Assembly (NCBI GenBank): GCA_963822965.1
Contig: CAWGJT010000005.1
Location: 800,001-864,000 of the forward strand
DNA: 64,000 bases
Direction: 5' to 3'
Source: an uncultured delta proteobacterium
GTDB taxonomy: Bacteria; Myxococcota_A; UBA9160; UBA4427
Shown: one piece after another, positions 56,150 to 64,000 of the stretch
How the letters are laid out: the number at the start of each line of letters is the position of its first letter
How positions within the stretch are numbered: the stretch's first letter is position 1
Position numbers and translations under genes: made by a program
Notes under the pieces: generated by a model
The model's database searches: none
What the model was told of the DNA's origin: nothing
Seen by the model: only the letters and a program-made list of their open reading frames with translations

Positions 56150-58591
56150 TCAGTTCAGCGGATCGCAGCTCGTCGCGGCACCGCCCGGCCGCTCGTACGG
56201 AATCCCCGCGTCGCACAGGCCGTCGCAGAAGTTCTCCACCTGGCCCCCAGGCTGCAGGAACGCCGCCAGCTGGTCGAGAGAGGCCGGAATCGTGAGGCGC
56301 TGCGCGTGGGGATCGCACTTGCTGCTGGGGATGCGGTTGTCCAGGGGCGGGATGAGCGGCCCGCTGCCCACGGTCTGGTACATCGCCGGGTTGAAGATGT
56401 CGTAGGAGCCCGTGTCGTAGACCACCAGGGCCGAATCCAGGGGTCCGTCCGCGTCGGGGATGCCCGGAAACCCCTGCTGGACCGAGGCCGTCAGGTTCGG
56501 GATGCCGAGGGAGCGCACCATGATCTCGGTGGCCTGGTTCGAGACCTGCTTGTCGAGCCAGGCCATGGTCACGAGCATGTGCTTCGCATTCGTGCCGGGG
56601 AGCGGATCGCTGGTGATGTGCCGGATGTAGCCCGCCGGCTCGCTCCGCACCCACACCTCGTGGTTCAGGGAGAGGGTCAGCAGGGTCTGGAGCGGATCGG
56701 TCACGCCGACTCCGGCCAGCAGCTGCTCGAAGGCGCCGAACTGGGTCGAGCGCTGCAGCAGCATGCCGAAGTTCATGGCCGGCACGTCCACGTTCAGCCG
56801 CTCGACGTCGGGGGTGAGCGCCGCGAACCACGTCCCCATGATGCCGCCGAGGCTGATGCCGTAGTAGAACATCTCGACGTCGGGGCCCTGGAAGACCCCG
56901 AAGCCTCCGGGCGCCTGGAAGGCCGGGTCCACGTTGAACACCCCGTCCTTCATCATGCGCGCCAGCAGGACGGTGTTGATCTGCCCCTGCTTCAGCCGGT
57001 CGGGCAGCGCCGGGAAGTTCTCGAACTGGTTCCCGGTGGCCGCGGTGCCCACCACCTTGTTGATCACGAAGGGGAGATCCGGGCTCGACAGGCCGCGCCA
57101 GTTGGTCGCGCCCACGATCACGTCGACGTCGAGACCGAGGCCGTCGGCGAAGCCCGTCACCATGCCGTCCCCGGTGCCGAAGAGGCCGTGCCCGAGCACC
57201 ACCGGGTGCACCACGGGTCCCGCGGGCTCGATGGCCGCGCACGGGATGCCGATGGAGAAGGGCGGGTTCGTCACCCCGTTCTGCACGGGGTCGTCGTTCG
57301 CGTCCACGTCGAGCACGCCCACGCTCTGGCTGTCGACTTCGGGATCCTCGGTGAGGAAGAGGGGCACCTGGTAGGTCCCGCGCACGATCCGCCACAGGCC
57401 CATGCCATCGTCGCACGCGCCCGCCACCTCCTCGATGCTGTCCACCGTGAAGGTCTGCTGCCCCAGGCCCACCTGGGTGTCGAGCCACGCGAAGGCCATG
57501 TCGCGCATCGAGAGAGCGTGGTGGGTGAGCCCTTCGTCGCTCTGCACCTGGAAATCCCAGGCGAGGATCAGGTCGTCGCGCGGGACGCCGGCGGATTCGA
57601 GCACGGGAAAGATCTCGTCCTCGAAGTACCGCTGCCGAGCCGGCAGCCCCGGGATCGCCGTGAGCCGTCGATCGCGGATGGCCGCGAAGGGTCCCTCCGG
57701 CTCGACCGGCGCGCCGCCGGGATGGACGAGGTGGCGCACCGCCACGATGTAGCGCTCACCGGGGACGAGGCTCTGGCCGGGCCGCATGATGAGCGCCTGC
57801 CGGGCGGGGTTGCCGTTGGCGCGGGCGTCGAGCTCGACGAAGTGGAGCACGTGCTCGCCCGTCGACGCCCGGACGAGCACCGTCGGACTGTCGGCGTCGA
57901 GAGAGCGCTCGTCGGTCATGCGGATACCCACGTAGGGGGGAGGCGTCGGGTTCGAGATGACCGGCGGCAGCAGCCGCGGGGCGTCCGAGGCCAGAACGTC
58001 GACGCCGCCGGGGAAGTGCATCTGGATCGACACCGTCGGCGCGAAGCCGTCGAGGACGCGGAACTGCGTCGCCGTGGGCGGCGTGCCGACCAGCCCCGGA
58101 AAGGCGAGCGCCGAGTCCGGAAACTCGATGTGCAGGCCCGAGGGCTTGCTCGGGTCGGGTACCAGGAAGCGGGATGACGGGTACGGATAGAGACAGTCGA
58201 CGTTGTTCAAGACCTCGCACTGCTCGGGGTTCTCGAGGTCGACGCTCTGGAACGAGCGCGTGAGCTGCGCGCTGCCGCCGCCGGCGAGATCCACCGTCGC
58301 CACCAGGTCGTGCCAGCCTTCGGTGGCCACCGTGATCGGGCCCGTCGAGACGCTGCCGTGGGTGACTAGCTGGCCGGTCACGTCGTCGCCGTCGAGGGTG
58401 ACCGTGAGCGTGCTGGCGACCGGCGTCCCGGGCACGACGATGCGCACCGCGACGTCCCCGACGAGGGTCAGCTCCTGGGGGAACGGCCGCATCACGATGA
58501 TTTCCGGGGCGTACTCCGGCGGGCATCCGTTGCCGAGGAAGGCGACGGCGAGCAGCAGGCAGGCAAGGACGAGGTGGCGGCGGTGAAGCAT
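56150..58591 (-). CDS. Large lipoprotein with alpha/beta-hydrolase (lipase-like) domain
   Basis: Lipobox-like FLGNGC, CLYPYPS, LDGFAP, GHGLFG, YYGISLGGIMG nucleophile elbow, and late D and H residues. Confidence 0.75.
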   Translation of the reverse strand: MLHRRHLVLACLLLAVAFLGNGCPPEYAPEIIVMRPFPQELTLVGDVAVRIVVPGTPVASTLTVTLDGDDVTGQLVTHGSVSTGPITVATEGWHDLVATVDLAGGGSAQLTRSFQSVDLENPEQCEVLNNVDCLYPYPSSRFLVPDPSKPSGLHIEFPDSALAFPGLVGTPPTATQFRVLDGFAPTVSIQMHFPGGVDVLASDAPRLLPPVISNPTPPPYVGIRMTDERSLDADSPTVLVRASTGEHVLHFVELDARANGNPARQALIMRPGQSLVPGERYIVAVRHLVHPGGAPVEPEGPFAAIRDRRLTAIPGLPARQRYFEDEIFPVLESAGVPRDDLILAWDFQVQSDEGLTHHALSMRDMAFAWLDTQVGLGQQTFTVDSIEEVAGACDDGMGLWRIVRGTYQVPLFLTEDPEVDSQSVGVLDVDANDDPVQNGVTNPPFSIGIPCAAIEPAGPVVHPVVLGHGLFGTGDGMVTGFADGLGLDVDVIVGATNWRGLSSPDLPFVINKVVGTAATGNQFENFPALPDRLKQGQINTVLLARMMKDGVFNVDPAFQAPGGFGVFQGPDVEMFYYGISLGGIMGTWFAALTPDVERLNVDVPAMNFGMLLQRSTQFGAFEQLLAGVGVTDPLQTLLTLSLNHEVWVRSEPAGYIRHITSDPLPGTNAKHMLVTMAWLDKQVSNQATEIMVRSLGIPNLTASVQQGFPGIPDADGPLDSALVVYDTGSYDIFNPAMYQTVGSGPLIPPLDNRIPSSKCDPHAQRLTIPASLDQLAAFLQPGGQVENFCDGLCDAGIPYERPGGAATSCDPLN

Positions 58592-58694
58592 GGCGGCGGG
58601 GCTCCTGGAGCGGCTGGGAGATCTGCAGGCGGCGTGTGGCCCGTGACCCACCATCCTACTACGACCGGGCGCCGAAGCGGTGGGCCGCGGGTCG

Positions 58695-59135
58695 TCAATC
58701 GCCTTCGCCGCGCACCGGGCCGCGGGTCTTCTTCACGCTGCCCCGCCGGGTCTTCTGCTCCAGGCGTCGGGTACGGGAGGCGCGGGTGGGGGCGGTGGGC
58801 CGACGCGGCCGGGGCCGGGCCAGCGCGGCCGCCACGATCTCGGCCAGCCGCTCGCGCGCCAGCTCGCGATTGCGGGCACGGCTACGGGTGTTGTCGCAGT
58901 GGACGACGAGATCGCCCCCGCGCGAGAGCCGCGACGCCAGCTTCTCCTCGAGCCGCCGGCGCTGACTCCCGGTCAGGCATTCGCTGCCGGGAACGTTCCA
59001 GCGCAGGCTCACCCGGGTGCTGGTCTTGTTGACGTGCTGCCCGCCGGGACCGCTCGAGCGCGACGCCTCCTCGCGGATCTCTCCGGCCGCGATCACGAGC
59101 CGTCCCGAGACCGGCAGATCCTCGCGCGGGCTCAT
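58695..59135 (-). CDS. arfB: Alternative ribosome rescue peptidyl-tRNA hydrolase ArfB
   Basis: RSSGPGGQHVNKTSTRV and the basic tail RRPTAPTRASRTRRLEQK. Confidence 0.95.
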   Translation of the reverse strand: MSPREDLPVSGRLVIAAGEIREEASRSSGPGGQHVNKTSTRVSLRWNVPGSECLTGSQRRRLEEKLASRLSRGGDLVVHCDNTRSRARNRELARERLAEIVAAALARPRPRRPTAPTRASRTRRLEQKTRRGSVKKTRGPVRGEGD

Positions 59136-59476
59136 TCCCCGGGCGCTTCGGCACCCGGCTCCGGGAAGACCGACTCCCGCGCGAGCTCGCACACCTGCAG
59201 GCGATACTCGCTGTAGTAGCGCTCGCGGCCCATCTGCTGGGCGCGCTGGTGCTCCGGGTGCTTGCGCCAGGCCTCGCTGGCCGCCAACGACGTGAACTCC
59301 ACCACCGCCAGCCGCCAGCCGTCCGCCCCCGCGAACATGTCGATGGACACGAAGCCCGGCATCGTGCGCGCCAGCGCCTCGATCCGAGCCGCGTGCGCCT
59401 CGTAGCCGTCCTCCTCGGCGCCCGGCCGCAGCCGGGACCGGAAGACCGTGACCGCGTGGCGCCCGGTGACCGGCAT
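59132..59476 (-). CDS. Antibiotic biosynthesis monooxygenase (ABM) family protein
   Basis: VFRSRL...MPGFVS...AWRKHPEHQRAQQMGRERYYSEYRLQVC. Confidence 0.88.
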   Translation of the reverse strand: MPVTGRHAVTVFRSRLRPGAEEDGYEAHAARIEALARTMPGFVSIDMFAGADGWRLAVVEFTSLAASEAWRKHPEHQRAQQMGRERYYSEYRLQVCELARESVFPEPGAEAPGE

Positions 59477-59517
59477 CGCTTTCCTCTCGACTTCCTTCGC
59501 GCCGCTCGCGCGCCGCC

Positions 59518-61073
59518 TCAGCGTGGCATGGTGGTGACCGTCAGCAGCGACTCGGCCATGGCTTCCTTCTTCTTCCGCTTGATGCCTCGGGTCTTCACGA
59601 TCTGCGCGAGGCCGTTCGAGACGACCTCGTAGTCCTCACCCGCGATCATGCGGTGCTCGGTGGGGAGCGGATCGGGCTTGCTCGCGAAGGCCGTGGCGTG
59701 GATGTGCTCCACCCCGAAGGGGGGCACGATCTCGAAGCTGTCGGGATAGGTGAGCACCTGGTTCACCTTCGAGGCGTCCACGTACCAGGCGTCCGCGATG
59801 GGAACCTGCTCGCCGCTCTGCAGCACGTAGATGAAGCGCACCCAGGCGGGCTGGTTCACCCGGTAGTGAACCGTGAGCTGATCGTTCTCCGAGTAGACGA
59901 CGCCCCGGCGCCCGCGGTCGGTCCACACCTCCACCTGCAGGTCGCCCGAGACGAGCTCGCCTTCGGCGAGGATCTTCTGGTCGCGCAGGGCCGACTCGAA
60001 GTTGGCGGGCTTGAGGGAGACGCCGGCCGGCAGGGCGCGGCGGGGCAGCGTCGTCTCGGCGCTCGCCACGAGCCGACCGCTCTCGGTGTCGCGCACGGTG
60101 GCGGTGATGCGGACCTCGTTCTCGCGTTCGAGGTACACCCCGCGCACGACGCGGTCGCCCGCGGCCCCCGACGCCGTGCCGCCCCGGGCCAGGACGCTCT
60201 CGAGCTCGACGCCCGCCTGCCGGCCGAACGTGCTCGAGAGGTCGGTGGTGCCGTAGGTGAAGGGCGCCACGGTGAGCTGTCCGGCCGCGACCGCCTTCTG
60301 CCGGCGGAGCTGGATGCCCAGCCGCTCGATCGCCTCGCTCAGGCTCGAGGCCGGCTTGTGGAGGATCGAGCGGACCTTCTCGTCGACGGTGCCGTTGGCG
60401 GCCACCAGCTCGCGATAGAGGGCGTCGTCCGCCGGCCCCGAAGGCCCCAGCACCCGCGCCACGGAATCGTGCTCGAGCGACTCGGCGATGGCGCCCCGAC
60501 AGCTCTCGTAGGTGGCGATGGCGTCGGACTCGCGCCCGGCCTGCTCGTGGCGGGCGCCGGCGGCCAGGCACTCGCGCACCTCGGCGAGGGAGCGCTCGCG
60601 CAGGGACCGTCGCTCGGCCAGGGCGCGCCCGCGCTCGAGGTATGCCAGCGCGTAGCTGCGCGTCGCCTCGGGATACACCTCGTAGTCGAGCCCCGATAGC
60701 TGGATGTCGCTCGTCGCGTTGACGATGGAGGCGACCTCGTAGCTGTCCTGGCCGTTCCGGCTCTCGGTCACGTCGCGCAGGCTCGCCTGGATCCGCACCG
60801 AGATCTTGCGCGAGAGGGCGGCCGCGGCCTGCTGCTTGGCGGACTCGATCCCGCCCTGGGCCGGCGCGAGCTCCACCATCGCGAAACCCGTGATGTAGCG
60901 GGCGTCCGGGTAGCGCGGAGTTTTCCCCCGGATCCCAGCCAGTCCGGAGGCGCGGGCGGGGCCTCCGGCCGGGGCGAGCCGCCGCCCGCACATCCCGCGA
61001 GCGAGGCGAGACCCGCCGCCAGCAGCAGGGCGGCGGCAGGACGAAGGCTCTGGACAGCATGACGCGGCGGCAC
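59518..61073 (-). CDS. LPP20-like lipoprotein with FlgO/CsgG-like and DUF4384 domains (frameshift near 60930)
   Basis: Lipobox LAGC and PDW in ORF 60768..61073. AKQQAAAALSRKISVRI, VRGVY...ITATVRDTESGRLVASA and VEVWTDRG...Y...PPFGVE in ORF 59518..60993. Confidence 0.7.
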
Positions 61074-61582
61074 CGTGGCTTCTCTCCTTGCTGCTTCCTT
61101 TTACGTCCGTCGCCGTCCAGCCATCTCTGAACCGCGATCGCCCGTGGATCCCGATCGCGCGGACCGCGGCCGGAGTCTAGCCACGCACTCCGGTCTCGCT
61201 GCCTCCCATCGCCCTCGGCCGGAAGCGGGCGAGGGAGTGGGTGGCTCGGCCGGGGTCATCGGTTCCTCGCGGCGGCGTCTCTGCGCGGCGACCCGGCCGC
61301 TCGCTGCGGACGAGGAACCCCCTCGTCGACCGGGGACACTACTGGGCTACGGTGTGGGACCCGAACAGGCCGAGCGAGCCCACTGGTGCACGCAAGGCGA
61401 CCGACGCAGGACGCGTCGCGAACCGTGAGAGTCATTCCGCTGCCGTTGAAACCGTTGCGAGAGCCTCTTGTGGGGCTGTGCGCAAGAAGAGGCGAAAGCC
61501 AGAAGACAGTCGGGTCGACACTCCAACCCAGGGCCGGGGCTCTCGAAGGAGCACGAAACCCAAGCCCGCTCGGAGGCACAAG

Positions 61583-62206
61583 ATGCGAACCTCATTCGAC
61601 CGTTCCCGCGCGACCCTCGCCGTCGCCCTCCTCTTCGTCCTCGGCTCGTTCGCCTGCGCGAGCGAGCCGGAGCAGACGCCCGAAGAGAAGCTCGGCCCGA
61701 TGGCCGGCGAGCTCGCCAATGCGCCCGACTGGGTGACCCGGGGCTGCAGCGCCTTCTGGGGTGACGAGGACGCCAACCCCTCGAAGCTCTGCGGCGTAGG
61801 CAGCGCGGGCGGCTCCCGCAACCACTCGCTGATGATCACCGCCGCCGAAGGGCGCGGGCGGACCGCCATCGCGCGCTCGCTCGACCTGCACGTCAAGGCG
61901 ATGCTGAAGGACTACCAGGCCACCACCACCGGCGGCGAGGAGTACGGCACCAACGCCGCCGACGAGCAGCACATCGTCGACGTGAGCAAGCAGCTCACCG
62001 ACATCGACCTCGTGGGCGTCGAGCGCCAGGACATGTGGATTTCGCCCTCGGGCCAGGTCTACGTGCTGATGGTGTACGACTCGGAGAAGTTCTCGGACGC
62101 CGTGAGCGGCATGAAGAACCTCTCCGAGAACATCCGCAAGGCCGTGATCGAGCGGGCGAACGCCTCGTTCAAGGAGCTCGACGAGGAGCTGGAGAAGAAC
62201 CAGTAG
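61583..62206 (+). CDS. LPP20 family lipoprotein
   Basis: Lipobox SFAC, APDWV, AEGRGRTAIARSL...V.AMLKDY and VYVLM. GGAGG RBS. Confidence 0.85.
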   Translation: MRTSFDRSRATLAVALLFVLGSFACASEPEQTPEEKLGPMAGELANAPDWVTRGCSAFWGDEDANPSKLCGVGSAGGSRNHSLMITAAEGRGRTAIARSLDLHVKAMLKDYQATTTGGEEYGTNAADEQHIVDVSKQLTDIDLVGVERQDMWISPSGQVYVLMVYDSEKFSDAVSGMKNLSENIRKAVIERANASFKELDEELEKNQ

Positions 62207-62223
62207 CCGACTCGCGGTCGCCG

Positions 62224-63007
62224 ATGCGACGCTACGGCAGGCTGTCCCTCTGCACGGCGCTGGCTTCGGCCAGCGCCGTGCTTGCGTGTGCGGGGGCCGC
62301 GCCGGAGCCCGAAGCCGCGGAGCCCCCGGGCTGGCTCCAGACGGCACCCGAGGGCTGTGCGGTGGGCTTCTCCGGCCCCACCCTGAACCCGGGCGACGCC
62401 ATCCGCTACGCGCGCCAGGCGGCGCTCCGTCAGCTCGCCGCCGTCGACGCCGACACGCGCATCCGCGTCGAGAGCGAGCTGCTGGTGGGCAGCGAGCGGG
62501 GCGGTGAGTTCACCCGCCAGGACCTCGAGGGCACCGTGCGCAACAGCCGCATCGTCGCCATGTGGGCCGAGCGCACGAGCGACCCCACCTCGCAGACCAG
62601 GGTGCGCCACGTCTACGCGATGGCGTGTCACCCGGACGCCGCGGCGAGCGGCGACCTCGCGCCGCCGTTCCCCGAGTGGCTGCTGAACCTGCCCGACCGG
62701 CCGGGAGAGATCTGCGCGATCGGCGTCGGCGGCCCCACCTGGGACCCGCGAGACCAGCGAGCCCGCCACCCTGCGCGACGCCCAGAAGGCGCTGGCGGAG
62801 GCGCTCGAGAGCCGCCTGCACCAGGTCATCATCGATACGGGCGCACACAACCCGCGCGTGGCCTCGCGAGCTGGACACGCCCGAGACGGCCGTCGCCCGA
62901 GCCGCGGCCGCGCGGGAGCTGGACGAGACGGTGGAGCGACGACGGACGGATCGGGCCCGCTGAGCCTCAAGGGCGTCCTGTACGGGCTCGTGTGCATCCC
63001 GCTGTGA
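62224..63007 (+). CDS. Lipoprotein with two LPP20-like units (frameshifts after about 62760)
   Basis: Lipobox VLAC. PGWLQ...CAVG and PEWLL...CAIG are repeated. The probable C-terminus VLYGLVCIPL ends at the TGA at 63005-63007. Confidence 0.6.
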
Positions 63008-63122
63008 GACCGGCCGCCGCCCGCGCGACGCCGACGGCGCTCAAGCGAAGGCGCCGGCTCTGCGATGAGTTTCCCGCAGCGGCGAGTTGTTAGACTCCTG
63101 CCAACTGGCCGCGGAGGGGGAC

Positions 63123-64000
63123 GTGGCACCCGACGAAGACACCCACGCGACGGCCGGCGCAGCGTCCGGGGACCACGAGGACTCCGGCGCCCTCGGGCTC
63201 ACGGGCAAGCTCCTGATGGGCCGCTATCGGGTCGAGTCCCGGCTCGGACAGGGCGGCATGGCGGCCGGTCTACCGCGCGAAGGACGAGCGCCTGAAGCCG
63301 CACCGTGGTGGTGAAGGTGCCCCACGCCGCGCTGCTCGTGGACGCGGGCTTCCGCAAGCGCTTCGCCGCCGAGGTGAACAACCTCGCGAAGCTCGAGCAC
63401 CCGCACATCATCCCCATCCACGACGTGGGCGAGCACGACGGCGTGCCGTTCGCGGTGGTGCAGTTCCTGCGCGGGCGGCGACCTGGTCGACCGCATCCGC
63501 GACGGCCGGCGGCCGGCTCACTCCCGAGCAGGTGCTCGAGTGGCTGCCCCGGGTCGCGGACGCCCTCGACTACGTCCGCGGACGAGGCTTCCTGCACCGG
63601 GACGTCAGCCCGGGCAACATCATCTTCGACGACCACGGCAACGCCCATCTCTCGGACTTCGGCATCGCGACGGCGGTGAGCGCCAACGACCCGGACGAGA
63701 CCCTGCAGGAGTACAGCAACCTCACCAAGCCCGGCGGGTTCGTGGGCGACGCCACCTACGCGCCCCCGGAATCCATCGAGCGCAAGCTCAACCCGGCCTA
63801 CGACCAGTACAGCCTGGGCGTCGTGGTCTACGAGGCGCTCTCGGGCACGCTGCCCTTCGACCGCGGCTCCTCGGAGGCGATGCTGGTGGCGAAGAACACC
63901 CAGCCGCCCGTCCCCCTGGACCAGAAGATCCAGGGGCTGCCGCCGGGCGTCGTGGCGGCGGTGATGCGCGCCATCTCCAAGGACCCCGGCAAGCGCTTCG
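63123..64000 (+). CDS. Hanks-type Ser/Thr protein kinase (5' part, frameshifts near 63265-63300 and 63475)
   Basis: GRYRVESRLGQGGM, VVKVP, LEHPHIIPIHDVG, HRDVSPGNI, LSDFGIA, YAPPE and DQYSLG across frames. GTG start with a GGAGG RBS. Confidence 0.9.

Noticed and set aside
61076..61091. Sigma-54-like TGGC...TTGC
   Set aside because: The spacing is one base too long, and sigma-54 spacing is strict.

Overview
This is a 64 kb window of very GC-rich bacterial DNA. Its gene repertoire (FHA proteins, Ser/Thr kinase, Cys-rich surface proteins, PilZ-like domain) suggests Myxococcota or a relative; that placement is inference. Bases 1-31.6 kb hold mostly housekeeping and accessory genes: an APC permease, a selenocysteine-containing peroxiredoxin-like gene missed by the ORF track, hydrolases, an NBD-only Hsp70, a DprE1-like oxidase, a BPI/LBP-like lipoprotein, xth, a TetR-controlled RND pump, gcvP and an amidase. 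An orphan ZorA-like gene and an MCP follow. The most striking region is 37.3-56 kb. Two paralogous FHA-FHA proteins, one with a Thr-repeat tail and one fused to an atypical class III nucleotidyl cyclase, bracket what looks like a complete trans-envelope electron chain. Its parts are an FHA-FHA-cNMP-cNMP-polyferredoxin, a His-pair (cytochrome b-like) membrane protein, a nonaheme-TM-flavin NAD(P)H oxidoreductase fusion, an SH3/tetraheme/long helix/tetraheme protein, a Cys-rich pentaheme lipoprotein and an MtrA/MtrB-like decaheme plus porin, with 32 CxxCH motifs in total. The window ends with a lipase-like lipoprotein, arfB, LPP20-like lipoproteins and a Ser/Thr kinase. Many genes carry single-base frameshifts that are probably assembly errors. 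All calls come from reading motifs by eye; no database searches were run.
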